From an uncultured Bacilli bacterium (GTDB lineage: Bacteria > Bacillota_I > Bacilli_A > RF39 > UBA660), in assembly GCA_934085635.1 (NCBI GenBank), contig CAKOHL010000001.1:1-38859 (forward strand): DNA of 38,859 bases, in the 5' to 3' direction. The translations under genes were made by a program, and so were the position numbers. Below are positions 17,417-26,847 of this stretch, one piece after another; positions within the stretch are counted from its first letter, which is position 1; each line of letters starts with the position of its first letter. The notes beneath the pieces are model-generated. The model was not told the DNA's origin. It saw nothing but the letters and a program-made list of their open reading frames with translations, and made no database searches.

Positions 17417-18100
17417 TTATTCATTAAACTTATTATTTTGCATATTTTCATAATAACTAAAATATGAATCACTGCCTATAATTAAGTGGTCTATAACTCT
17501 TACTTGCATCATTTTACCTATCTCTATAAGCTTATCAGTAGTCTCATCGTCCTGCATACTAGGAGTTACGTCCCCACTAGGATGATTATGACAAAGCACT
17601 ACAAATGAGGCATTTTCTTTAAGGGCCTCCTTAAAAATCTCTCTCGGACTAATATTAATTTCATTAATCGTACCAATAAAAAGTTCTTTCTTCAAAATAA
17701 GTCTCATCTTAATATCAAAAAGTAAAATAATAAACTTCTCCTGTGTAAAATCTAAATAATCAAGTTTAACATAATTATACATATCTTCTACATTCCTAAA
17801 CTTAACCTTAGTATAAGCAAATAGTCCTCTCTTAGCAAGTTCAAAAGAAGCTATAATAATTGATGCTTTAGAAAGTTTAATACCTTTAACTTTCATCAAA
17901 CTATTCAAAGTCATTTCCTTAAGTCCTTTTACTCCACCAATCTCTTTAAGAATTTTATTTGAAAGTTCATTAACAGACTCATCCTTATTCCCCGTCCTCA
18001 AAATAATACTTAATAATTCTGAATCACTAAGTGCTTTAGGCCCGAGCCTTCTTAATTTCTCTCTAGGTTTCTCTTCATCAACAACATCTTTTAATTTCAT
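17417..18100 (-). CDS. radC: RadC-family JAB/MPN domain protein
   Basis: 227 aa. N-terminal HhH-like region (PREKLRRLGPKALSDSELLSIILRTG) and JAMM motif HNHPSGDVTPSMQD. Confidence 0.9.
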   Translation of the reverse strand: MKLKDVVDEEKPREKLRRLGPKALSDSELLSIILRTGNKDESVNELSNKILKEIGGVKGLKEMTLNSLMKVKGIKLSKASIIIASFELAKRGLFAYTKVKFRNVEDMYNYVKLDYLDFTQEKFIILLFDIKMRLILKKELFIGTINEINISPREIFKEALKENASFVVLCHNHPSGDVTPSMQDDETTDKLIEIGKMMQVRVIDHLIIGSDSYFSYYENMQNNKFNE

Positions 18101-18146
18101 ATTCTCCTTTCTGAATATGAAAAAGTTAATAGTTACCTATATAATA

Positions 18147-18605
18147 CTATTTCTTCTTATTATTATCAAGCACTTTATTAAGTTCTTTAAGTCCCTCTTT
18201 AACTAAAGTATCAGTTTCATTTTGACTACTAGTATTTTTAATTACCTCATCTAACTTAGTAATATATTTATCAAAATCTTTATTATTTAACCTAACTACT
18301 TTCTTATAATTAGAAGAAGTAAGACTATACATTCTAATAATCTTATCATACACTTCCTCACTTTTAGTAACACCTATAAAAAGTTTAAAAAGTCCCTCCT
18401 CTTCTCTCACTATATAATTTTCATACTTCTTACTTAACATAGACAAATTATCATAACTCTTAAAAGCCCCGACTTGCACCAAATAATACGTACAATCACT
18501 TTCCTTCTTACTCTTATAAATTTTAAAAATAACTAAACTAAAAACAATACTTACTAAAACTAAAACAAAAAATATTTTCTTATTCATAACATTCACCAAT
18601 AACAT
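18147..18605 (-). CDS. Membrane-anchored SPOR-domain protein
   Basis: 152 aa. One N-terminal TM helix, then a SPOR-like fold signature YYLVQVGAFKSYDNLSMLSKKYENYIV...FKLFIGV. Confidence 0.6.
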   Translation of the reverse strand: MLLVNVMNKKIFFVLVLVSIVFSLVIFKIYKSKKESDCTYYLVQVGAFKSYDNLSMLSKKYENYIVREEEGLFKLFIGVTKSEEVYDKIIRMYSLTSSNYKKVVRLNNKDFDKYITKLDEVIKNTSSQNETDTLVKEGLKELNKVLDNNKKK

Positions 18606-18632
18606 TATAAATGAGAGAATATGAATATTTTG

Positions 18633-18669
18633 TCAAAAAAAATAAGTCCGATTAATTTTCAGACTTATT
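18633..18669 (-). terminator. Rho-independent terminator after rpmF
   Basis: Minus strand AATAAGTC - 13-nt loop - GACTTATT followed by TTTTTTGAC. The first stem arm overlaps the last rpmF codons. Confidence 0.55.
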
Positions 18670-18861
18670 AACTTTAACTGCTTCTTTACCTTTATAGAAA
18701 CCACACTTAGTACAAGCACGATGTGGCATTAAAGGCTCTCCACAATTAGGACAAGTAACAACTGTTGGAGCCTCTTTCTTTAAATGAGTTCTTCTAGCTC
18801 TTTTAGCAGTCTTACTTACACGTCTTGCTGGAACAGCAAATAATTGTAAATCAAATTTCAT
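18652..18861 (-). CDS. rpmF: 50S ribosomal protein L32 with an 8-residue N-terminal extension
   Basis: 69 aa. [18 protein letters not shown] plus a CPNCGE...CTKCG zinc ribbon is canonical L32. It is preceded by MKFDLQLF, and there is no alternative in-frame start next to AVPARR. Start overlaps the yceD stop. Confidence 0.9.
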   Translation of the reverse strand: MKFDLQLFAVPARRVSKTAKRARRTHLKKEAPTVVTCPNCGEPLMPHRACTKCGFYKGKEAVKVNKSEN

Positions 18862-19346
18862 CTTTTCTCCTCCATATCTAACATTGATTTTAATTCACCA
18901 AAAGGTAAATTAGTGTTATCATCATTTTCTTCTATCAAGCTCCATCCATTTCCTTCACTTAAAAATTCTGCATTTTCCTTTACTACACGAAGTGGAACTT
19001 CCAGTACAATATTTTCCCATACAATTCCAAAAATATCAAGTGAATTTTGCAAAATAATTGGTTTTTCGTCCTCATTTGTCGTTTCACTGACGTTTTTATC
19101 AATAAATATGTCAATTGGATACACTACTTCTTCTAAACTTCTAGCACATAAAAGAACCATATCTCCAGTAATATTAAGAGTCAAATGATAAATATCATCA
19201 TTAATTCTCTCAATACTACCTTTAGCCCTTACATTACTAAGTCTTTTAATTGAAGTATCTTTAATATCATCATCCGTAAAATTTACTATTTCATCAAAGT
19301 CAATTTTCTCTAATGTTCCATTTTTTAACTTACTAATATCTAACAC
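18858..19346 (-). CDS. ylbN: YceD/YlbN (DUF177) family ribosome-maturation protein
   Basis: 162 aa acidic protein directly upstream of and overlapping rpmF, which is the conserved yceD-rpmF arrangement. Confidence 0.75.
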   Translation of the reverse strand: MLDISKLKNGTLEKIDFDEIVNFTDDDIKDTSIKRLSNVRAKGSIERINDDIYHLTLNITGDMVLLCARSLEEVVYPIDIFIDKNVSETTNEDEKPIILQNSLDIFGIVWENIVLEVPLRVVKENAEFLSEGNGWSLIEENDDNTNLPFGELKSMLDMEEKR

Positions 19347-19457
19347 TTTATACCTCCATCCCTAATAATTATACTACATTTTCATGTTTATATCTAGCAC
19401 AAGTTAATAGTATTGAAAAAACGCTAGCTATTTAGTAAAATATACTTGGTGATTTAC

Positions 19458-20579
19458 GTGAAAATAGTAGGAATAGTTGCAGAATATAATCCACTTCATA
19501 ATGGACATATATATCAAATAAAATTAATAAAAAAAATGTTTCCAGAAAGCATAATTATAGTAAGTATGAGTGGTAACTTTACAGAAAGAGGAGAATTAAG
19601 CGTACTTGATAAATACACTAAAACCTTACTAGCGCTTCAAAATAAAGTAGACATTGTATTGGAAATACCTTTCGCATATTCTAACCAGTCCGCTGACACT
19701 TTTAGTTATGCTGCCCTTAAAATGCTAAACGAATTTAAAATAGACGCACTTGTATTTGGAAGTGAATCAGCTAACAAGGACTTCTTATATGAAATAGCAA
19801 ACTTACAGATTAATAATGACAAATTTGATTCACTTGTCAAATCGTACATAAGCGAAGGGAATAACTACCCCACAAGTTTAAGTAAAGCTATAAAAGATTT
19901 AACCGGAAAAACAATAAAAGAAAGTAACGACTTATTAGGAGTTAGCTACATAAAAGAAATAATTAGAAACAATTACAAAATAGAAATACTTCCTATAAAA
20001 AGAACAAATGACTTTTATAAAGCTAATGACACTAACATAATAAGTGCATACAAAATAAGAGAATACTTAAGTGAAAATAAAAGTGTTAAAAAATACATTC
20101 CAAACTATAGTGAAAACTTACTTAAAAAAATACCTTATGATAAAATATTTACCCTACTAAAATATAAAATAATAAGTGAAAAAGAATCACTATATAAATA
20201 TCACTTAGTAACAGAAGGAATAGAAAACAGAATATACAAAAGTGCTATTAAATCAAATAGTTACGAAGAATTAGTAAACAGTATTAAAAACAAAAGAATC
20301 ACAAGCTTAAGAGCAAATAGAATACTAATGAACATTTTAGTAGGATTCACTAAAGAAGAAAGTTTAAAATATAAATCATTAAACTATATTAGACTTCTAG
20401 GCTTAAGTAAAGAAGGTAAAAAATACTATAGTAAAATAAAAAAAGACATAAATATTCCAATCTATACAAAATATACTAAAGAAAATAATGAAGAACTAGA
20501 ACTTAAAGCAACTAGAATATATAATCTAATCACAAACACTAAAAACAATGAATTAAAAGAGCACACCATAACCCTATAG
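19458..20579 (+). CDS. tmcAL: tRNA(Met) cytidine acetate ligase (YlbM/TmcAL family)
   Basis: KIVGIVAEYNPLHNGHIYQI nucleotidyltransferase HxGH motif. About 373 aa. Divergent from ylbN-rpmF as in B. subtilis. GTG at 19458 (GGTGA 5 nt upstream) is preferred over the track's TTG at 19446. Confidence 0.85.
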   Translation: MKIVGIVAEYNPLHNGHIYQIKLIKKMFPESIIIVSMSGNFTERGELSVLDKYTKTLLALQNKVDIVLEIPFAYSNQSADTFSYAALKMLNEFKIDALVFGSESANKDFLYEIANLQINNDKFDSLVKSYISEGNNYPTSLSKAIKDLTGKTIKESNDLLGVSYIKEIIRNNYKIEILPIKRTNDFYKANDTNIISAYKIREYLSENKSVKKYIPNYSENLLKKIPYDKIFTLLKYKIISEKESLYKYHLVTEGIENRIYKSAIKSNSYEELVNSIKNKRITSLRANRILMNILVGFTKEESLKYKSLNYIRLLGLSKEGKKYYSKIKKDINIPIYTKYTKENNEELELKATRIYNLITNTKNNELKEHTITL

Positions 20580-21422
20580 TGTGCTTTTTGGTTCAAAATT
20601 AACAGTTACATATCTAACTCTTAAATTACTTTTCTTTAAATCTCTTTTAATATTCTTCTCTATTAAATAAATATCTTTAAGCTTAGCATCTTCATCATAA
20701 ACAACATCTATAACCCCTTTATAATAAGAACCATACTTAATTAAAGATACTCTTTTAACTATAACATTACTCTTACTAACTACCCGCATAACTTCTCTAA
20801 TTATATTCTTATCAAGCTCGACTTCTCCAAGTATACTCTTAATATTACTAATAAAAATTTCTAGCCCTACTTTAATAGTCAAAACAGCTATTACTATAGA
20901 ACCGATTAAATCAGCATACCTAAAAAAAGGCAAATTAATTAAAGAAAACACAACAAATATAGATGCAATAAGAGAATTCAAAGAATCAAACTTACTCTCA
21001 GTAGCATTAGTTAATATAATTGTGCTATTAAGTAAAGTTCCCTTTTTCTTTAAATAATTAGAAAGTAAATATTTAATAAAAGCAGTAAAGAATAAAACTA
21101 TTAAAGCATACGCGTTTTTAACCTTAGTTTCAAATTTAAAAGCAGCAATTATTATACTAACCCCCAAAGATATAATAAATATGCTCATAATAATACTCGT
21201 TAAATACTCAAGTTTCCCATGACCATAAGGATGACTCTCATCAGGTTTTTTATTAGAAAGTTTACTTCCTATAATTCCAATAATATCAGTAGACAAATCA
21301 CTAAAAGAATGTACTGCATCTGACAAAAGGGTTTTAGATCCACTAATAATACCATTAACAAACTTTAAAATTGTTAAAAATAAATTAACAAACAAACTCC
21401 TAAGCAAAACCTTACTTTCCAT
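20574..21422 (-). CDS. Cation diffusion facilitator family transporter
   Basis: 282 aa, about 5-6 TM segments, HSFSDLSTD and HPYGHGKLEY motifs, cytoplasmic C-terminal domain. Confidence 0.85.
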   Translation of the reverse strand: MESKVLLRSLFVNLFLTILKFVNGIISGSKTLLSDAVHSFSDLSTDIIGIIGSKLSNKKPDESHPYGHGKLEYLTSIIMSIFIISLGVSIIIAAFKFETKVKNAYALIVLFFTAFIKYLLSNYLKKKGTLLNSTIILTNATESKFDSLNSLIASIFVVFSLINLPFFRYADLIGSIVIAVLTIKVGLEIFISNIKSILGEVELDKNIIREVMRVVSKSNVIVKRVSLIKYGSYYKGVIDVVYDEDAKLKDIYLIEKNIKRDLKKSNLRVRYVTVNFEPKSTL

Positions 21423-21433
21423 TACGAGCCTCC

Positions 21434-24061
21434 TTACTTAGCATCGTACCAGTTATCTCCAATTTCTTCTTCTACTTTAAGTGGCACTAATATTTTATAT
21501 GTATTTTCCATAACATTTGCTACAAGTTCTTTAACTAGTGCTAGTTCACTCTTAGGTACTGAGAAAACAAGTTCATCGTGTACTTGAATTAACATCTTGG
21601 TATTAAGGCCTCTTTTAATAATTTCACTATCTATCTCTATCATAGCCTTCTTAATAATATCAGCACTAGACCCTTGCACTGGAGTATTAAGAGCCATTCT
21701 CTCTCCACTCTTTCTAATCATATAATTAGTATTATTAAGTTCTTCAATAACTCTTCTTCTACCAAAAATAGTTGTAACATATCCATCATCCTTAGCCTTT
21801 TTAACTATCTCTTCCATATAAGCTTTAACACCAGGATACATACTTAAATACTTATCAATATATACCTTAGCCTCCTTAGAACTTAAACTAAGATTCTCTC
21901 CAAGACCAAATCCACTAATACCATAAACAATACCAAAAATAACAGCCTTAGCAGTTCTTCTCTGATTCTTAGTAACTTCACTAATAGGAATCCCATAAAT
22001 ATCACTAGCAACCTTAGTATGAATATCTTCGTGACTCTTAAATGCATTAATTAAGGCTTCATCCTTAGAAATATGCGCTAGCAATCTAAGCTCTATCTGA
22101 CTATAATCACTAGTTAAAATAACATCCCCAGGATTAGGTAAAAACGCTTTTCTAATTCTCTTTCCATCCTCAGCTCTAATAGGAATATTCTGAAGATTAG
22201 GCTCAGTACAAGAAAGTCTACCAGTTCTAGTAACAGCTTGTTTAAAAATAGTATGAATCTTACCATCATCTAAAACAAACCTCTTTAAACTCTCCATATA
22301 CGTATTAATAAGCTTAGACAAATTTCTATACTCAAGAATAAGTTCAATAATGGGACTCATATCATAATATTTCATTAAAGTATCATGATCTGTCTTATAA
22401 TTATCTTCACTCTTTCTCTTCTTATAAGGCATTCCCATCTTCTCAAATAAAATAGCACCAGTCTGTTTAGAACTTAATATATTAAATCTTTCTCCAGCAA
22501 GCAAAAATATCTCTTCTTCTACATTAGTAATTCTACTCTCTAAGTCTTCCCTAATATTATCAAGTTCACTTAAACTAACTCTAATACCATTCATTTCCAT
22601 TCTAGCAAGAACAGGAATAAGAGGAATCTCTATATTTTCATAAAGTTCAAGACTATTCTCGCTCTCAAGCAAACTCAAAAACTCACTCTTAGTATTGGCT
22701 ATAAACTTAACTTTAGAAATTAAATTATTAATTAAAATATCATCTAAAACTATAACATTTTCATCTTTAATCATAGTCTCATAAAACATAATATTATATC
22801 CCTTAGTATTAGCAAGATATGCAATATCATCTTTAGTATTCTGATTTAATAAATAACTAGCTATCATAGTATCATACTTTAAATTATTAAGTTTAATACC
22901 ATACCTCTCTAAAAAACATATACTCTTCTTGGCATCATAAGTACTAGTAGCATAAGTAAAAATATCTTTATTTAAAATAATAGCCTCTTCATCAAGTACA
23001 TAATATTGATTCATATACTCTAAAACTAAATAAATAGGTTTAGCCATATGATAATTTTCTCTACTTACTTCTAAATAAAATGCAAACTCTTTATCAATAT
23101 TAAGTTTCTCTTTAACTCTTATATATGGCATTATATTAGCTTCTACTTCTCTCTTAGAAGAAAAATCAAGTTCAAGTTGCCCTTCTACTTTATTAACAAG
23201 AGTTTCTAACTTTTTAATAAAACTATAAAACTCAAATTCTCTATATAACTTAGTAAGCTTTTCTATATCAAAACCATTAAACTTAATATCCTCAAAAGTT
23301 AAATTAATAGGTACATCTTTGTAAATAGTAGCCATCTCTTTACTAAAAAATGCACTTTCTTTACCTAATATCAACTTTTCTTTAGTCTTACCCTTAACTT
23401 TATCTATATTATCATATAAATTCTCTATAGTATCAAACTCATGAAGTATATTAAGCGCTGTTTTCTCGCCTATCCCCTTAACTCCGGGTATATTATCAGA
23501 AGCGTCTCCCATAAGTGCTTTTAAATCAACCATTCTAACAGGCTTAAGACCATAAGTATCAAAAAACACTTTTTCATCCATTAAAATATAATCTTTCTGT
23601 TTCAAAAGTTTAACATTAACATCAGAACTAATAAGCTGTAATAAATCCTTATCACTACTTACAATTGTAGCATCATATTCTTTATCAATATCAGCCATCT
23701 TAGCAAATGTACCAATAATATCATCAGCTTCATAATTATCACAACTAACCCATTTAATCCCCATTGCATCTAACACTTCATATGCCTTAGGAAACTGAAC
23801 AAGTAAATCCTTTGGTGTCTCTATCCTACCAGCTTTATAGTCCTTATACTTCTCGTGTCTAAAATTCTTCCCTTTATCAAAAGCAACTACTATATACTCT
23901 GGATTTTCTTCATTAACTATCTTATTCATCATATTAACAAAACCAAAAAGAGCATTAGTAGGAAAACCACTACTATTTCTCATCAAACTACCACTATATG
24001 CAGTTGCATAATAACTTCTAAATAACAAATTGTTGCCATCTATCAAAATTGCGCGTTTCAT
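21434..24061 (-). CDS. polA: DNA polymerase I
   Basis: 875 aa. 5'-nuclease domain (DASDNIPGVKGIGEKTA) and polymerase motifs (LTSDYSQIELRLLAH, RRTAKAVIFGIVYG, QVHDELVF). Confidence 0.95.
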   Translation of the reverse strand: MKRAILIDGNNLLFRSYYATAYSGSLMRNSSGFPTNALFGFVNMMNKIVNEENPEYIVVAFDKGKNFRHEKYKDYKAGRIETPKDLLVQFPKAYEVLDAMGIKWVSCDNYEADDIIGTFAKMADIDKEYDATIVSSDKDLLQLISSDVNVKLLKQKDYILMDEKVFFDTYGLKPVRMVDLKALMGDASDNIPGVKGIGEKTALNILHEFDTIENLYDNIDKVKGKTKEKLILGKESAFFSKEMATIYKDVPINLTFEDIKFNGFDIEKLTKLYREFEFYSFIKKLETLVNKVEGQLELDFSSKREVEANIMPYIRVKEKLNIDKEFAFYLEVSRENYHMAKPIYLVLEYMNQYYVLDEEAIILNKDIFTYATSTYDAKKSICFLERYGIKLNNLKYDTMIASYLLNQNTKDDIAYLANTKGYNIMFYETMIKDENVIVLDDILINNLISKVKFIANTKSEFLSLLESENSLELYENIEIPLIPVLARMEMNGIRVSLSELDNIREDLESRITNVEEEIFLLAGERFNILSSKQTGAILFEKMGMPYKKRKSEDNYKTDHDTLMKYYDMSPIIELILEYRNLSKLINTYMESLKRFVLDDGKIHTIFKQAVTRTGRLSCTEPNLQNIPIRAEDGKRIRKAFLPNPGDVILTSDYSQIELRLLAHISKDEALINAFKSHEDIHTKVASDIYGIPISEVTKNQRRTAKAVIFGIVYGISGFGLGENLSLSSKEAKVYIDKYLSMYPGVKAYMEEIVKKAKDDGYVTTIFGRRRVIEELNNTNYMIRKSGERMALNTPVQGSSADIIKKAMIEIDSEIIKRGLNTKMLIQVHDELVFSVPKSELALVKELVANVMENTYKILVPLKVEEEIGDNWYDAK

Positions 24062-24178
24062 AATTCACTTCCTCTAACTTATTGTATCAAAAAAAAAGCA
24101 ACTTAAAAAGATTAAATTACTTTTTTACATTAATAACATTTACTTATTCTAATATCTTCTCTTGGTGATATAATTGTA

Positions 24179-25063
24179 ATGGTGAGGTATATGATTATTT
24201 CAAAGGAATATACATTAAAAAGTGATAAACTTACAAAAAGGTATTATGCTATTGGAATTGCAGATACCCATTTTGGAAAGATTATTAATAGCAGACTCAT
24301 AACTGAATTAAAAGAATTTATTTTAAAAAGCGAAAAGAAAATAGATTTTATTTTAGTATCCGGAGATATTATGGATGCTAAATATTATCTAAATGATAAA
24401 GTATTTAATTTAGTAAAAAGTATTTTTGATGATTTAAGTTTACTTAGTAAAGCTCCAGTTTTAATGTCTCTTGGCAATCACGATTTAGATTTTTGTAATT
24501 CTAAAAATTATGAAATGATTATTAAAAGATTTATGAACTTAAAAAATAACAGTAATTTAATACCTTTAAATGATAATGATTTTAAATATGATGATTTTGA
24601 TATTTTTGGCACTACATTACCAAGAGAATCATATTTATCTAAAAATTTATTTGGAGAAAATGGAATTATTTTAAATGATAAACTTAAAAAAGTCATTACT
24701 AATAAAAAGTTATATAATATAAATTTAATACACGACCCACTTTCTGTATACTATTCTTATTTATCTAATAATGAGAACATAAATAAATTTGACTTATTCT
24801 TTAGTGGTCATTTACACGGAGGATATTTAAGAAAAAAAACACTTATGAATAACAGTGTTAAGTATGGTTACGTTGAATATTTCAGAAATTTCAAAACTTT
24901 TATTAAAGTTCCTTTTGTAAGTGGAAAGCATACTTTGAGTAATACCGAGTTAATCGTAAATGAAGGATTTAGAAGATATAACGCTCTTATTTCTTCTAAT
25001 ATTTATACCACTCCTTTTATATCAGCTATAGATTTTGTTCCAAAAAGAAAAGCGCTTATATAG
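24179..25063 (+). CDS. Calcineurin-like metallophosphoesterase
   Basis: 294 aa. Motifs IADTHFG, SGDIMD, LGNHD, GHLHGG in canonical order. Start is uncertain (ATG 24179 or 24191). Confidence 0.75.
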   Translation: MVRYMIISKEYTLKSDKLTKRYYAIGIADTHFGKIINSRLITELKEFILKSEKKIDFILVSGDIMDAKYYLNDKVFNLVKSIFDDLSLLSKAPVLMSLGNHDLDFCNSKNYEMIIKRFMNLKNNSNLIPLNDNDFKYDDFDIFGTTLPRESYLSKNLFGENGIILNDKLKKVITNKKLYNINLIHDPLSVYYSYLSNNENINKFDLFFSGHLHGGYLRKKTLMNNSVKYGYVEYFRNFKTFIKVPFVSGKHTLSNTELIVNEGFRRYNALISSNIYTTPFISAIDFVPKRKALI

Positions 25064-25066
25064 CGC

Positions 25067-26434
25067 TTACCACATATCTTCTATTGTTCCTTCTCCATTT
25101 GGATATATTCCAGTCATATCTATTGTATATGTTAAATTTGGATCATTAACTATTCCTGTCCATCTTTCATATACATAAACTTTTAATTTTGGTGGAAGGC
25201 TTTCAGCTGTATAGATATTTTTATCATCAAAACCTATTATTATAGCAGCGTGTCCATCCCTTGCAATAAAGTCTCCTACTTGGTAGTCTCCATTTTTCAT
25301 AAAGTCATAAGTTAATTGAATATGTGGACCCATATCTGATAGTTCGTTTGCCACGTCAGTTCTATCTCCTGCTCCAACATCTCCTACATCAAATCCACCA
25401 TTTAACATAGCCCAAGTGGCAAAACCACTACAAGTAAATCCATTAGGTCTCATTAGATATCCACCTCTTAAACCACTAAGAAATGAATCATGTAAATCAC
25501 ATCCCCATATTTGAGGACCAGTTGCTGTGCTTTTACCTGTTAATTCACTAAATTTATATTCATTTAAGTATAAACCTTTATGATAATATCTTCCTTCAGC
25601 ATCTATACCATTTGCAACAGTTGTACCCATTCTTCCATTTTCATTAAAATATTTAATTGTATAAGGAAATTCAAGTGTAATAAATCTTGCTGCAGCTGCA
25701 ACCCCTGCCCTTGTTCCTACACCAGCTTCTTCTACTCTTGAAGCAAGTATTTTATCAAGCAGTTCATTTTCTTCTTTAGTATATCTTCCACAAGGTAAAA
25801 ATGGTTTATTTGTATTAATTACAGGACTTACTATCAAATCGGTTACTACAACATTATAAGTCTTTGAGTTACCATCTTTTAATGTTGCTGTTACTTTAGT
25901 TTTTCCAACTTTTAAAGCAACCATAGTGTCATTTTCTACTTTTAATACACTAGGGTCTTCTACTTTATAAGTAACTTTTGTATCAAAACCTTTTGGATAA
26001 TCAAAAGTAAACTTAAATGCTTTCTTACCATTAGAAGCTAAGTAATATGTTTCTAGTTTATCAATTGTACTACTAAATGTTCCTTCATATTTACTTTCTA
26101 TAGTAAAAGTCTTTTTAATAAATAGACTATCATTCTTAAGATATATAGTATATTTTCCTGGATTTAAATCAAAATTACATTCATTTATATCTACATATTC
26201 TTTATTATCTAAACTACATTTTAAATTCTTAACATCATCATTATAAGAAACTTTTACATTATATTTATTATCAGCATTTACTGTATTAGGATAATCTACA
26301 CTAATTTTAGATGTATTTAAATCATCTTTTTTAATAAATATAGCTATACACACAAAGATTGCCATTAATATAAGGAATAATATACTCACATTCCTCTTTT
26401 TTATCTTTTTTCTACTTCTCGCCACTTTAATCAC
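25067..26434 (-). CDS. Membrane-anchored NlpC/P60-type cysteine peptidase with Big_2-like domain
   Basis: 455 aa. N-terminal TM anchor, Ig-like segment (KVTYKVEDPSVLKVENDTMVALKVGKTKVTATL) and C-terminal catalytic pair context GFTCSGFATWAML ... DGHAAIIIG. Confidence 0.65.
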   Translation of the reverse strand: MIKVARSRKKIKKRNVSILFLILMAIFVCIAIFIKKDDLNTSKISVDYPNTVNADNKYNVKVSYNDDVKNLKCSLDNKEYVDINECNFDLNPGKYTIYLKNDSLFIKKTFTIESKYEGTFSSTIDKLETYYLASNGKKAFKFTFDYPKGFDTKVTYKVEDPSVLKVENDTMVALKVGKTKVTATLKDGNSKTYNVVVTDLIVSPVINTNKPFLPCGRYTKEENELLDKILASRVEEAGVGTRAGVAAAARFITLEFPYTIKYFNENGRMGTTVANGIDAEGRYYHKGLYLNEYKFSELTGKSTATGPQIWGCDLHDSFLSGLRGGYLMRPNGFTCSGFATWAMLNGGFDVGDVGAGDRTDVANELSDMGPHIQLTYDFMKNGDYQVGDFIARDGHAAIIIGFDDKNIYTAESLPPKLKVYVYERWTGIVNDPNLTYTIDMTGIYPNGEGTIEDMW

Positions 26435-26499
26435 TCCAATTAATTTTACTACTTAATTTTATCAAAATTACGTGAAAGTTTCAACCTAATTAGTCTAAG

Positions 26500-26534
26500 T
26501 TTTTAAACAAGTGAAGCCAGCTCATGCCGGCTTC
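26500..26534 (-). terminator. Terminator hairpin after the second bacteriocin-like peptide gene
   Basis: GC-rich 9-bp stem (26513-21 / 26526-34), loop 4 nt, starting 4 nt after the stop codon. The odd pair is G.U in the minus-strand RNA but A/C in the plus-strand RNA, so it fits minus-strand use. The U-tract is weak (UUGUUU). Confidence 0.5.
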
Positions 26535-26537
26535 ATT

Positions 26538-26699
26538 TTATTCTAAAGGACAAGTTTGTCCATAACGACTTCTTAGAAGTCCACTCCCTAATCTTCTTCC
26601 AAAATCATATATAGTTGTAAATGCTTTAACTACTGCATTTATAAGTGAGGAAGAAAAACTTATTCCCCCTACTACTTTAACTAGTTCTTCGTTATTCAT
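26538..26699 (-). CDS. Double-glycine-leader peptide 2 (class II bacteriocin-like), 53 aa; not in ORF track
   Basis: Hand translation: MNNEELVKVVGG/ISFSSSLINAVVKAFTTIYDFGRRLGSGLLRSRYGQTCPLE. RBS GAAAGGAG 5 nt upstream. Leader has E(-8) L(-7) V(-4) GG. Cationic mature part of 41 aa. Confidence 0.8.
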   Translation of the reverse strand: MNNEELVKVVGGISFSSSLINAVVKAFTTIYDFGRRLGSGLLRSRYGQTCPLE

Positions 26700-26711
26700 A
26701 CTTACTCCTTT

Positions 26712-26843
26712 CTATTTACCACATCTCACTGGATTCATGACTCCTTCATAGAATCCCATAATAAATGAAGCAATTACTCCTGCAATTCCCCATAATCCCC
26801 AGGATACTCCTCCTTCTACTTTCATTAATTCCTCTTTAGTCAC
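26712..26843 (-). CDS. Double-glycine-leader peptide 1 (class II bacteriocin-like), 43 aa; not in ORF track
   Basis: Hand translation from GTG 26843: (M)TKEELMKVEGG/VSWGLWGIAGVIASFIMGFYEGVMNPVRCGK. AAGGAG overlaps the end of the ABC gene, with 4 nt between its TGA and this GTG. The leader parallels that of peptide 2. The mature part is hydrophobic with GxxxG-like motifs. Confidence 0.75.
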   Translation of the reverse strand: MTKEELMKVEGGVSWGLWGIAGVIASFIMGFYEGVMNPVRCGK

Positions 26844-26847
26844 AATA

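Noticed and set aside
18913-19188. Plus-strand ORF 18913-19188.
   Set aside because: It is antisense within the yceD/ylbN gene and Ser-rich low-complexity.
24164-24193. A leaderless mRNA for the metallophosphoesterase (TGATATAAT only 6 nt before ATG 24179).
   Set aside because: A second in-frame ATG at 24191 preceded by GGTGAGG offers an ordinary explanation. The two cannot be distinguished without transcription start data.
24508-24696. Minus-strand ORF 24508-24696.
   Set aside because: It is antisense within the metallophosphoesterase gene.
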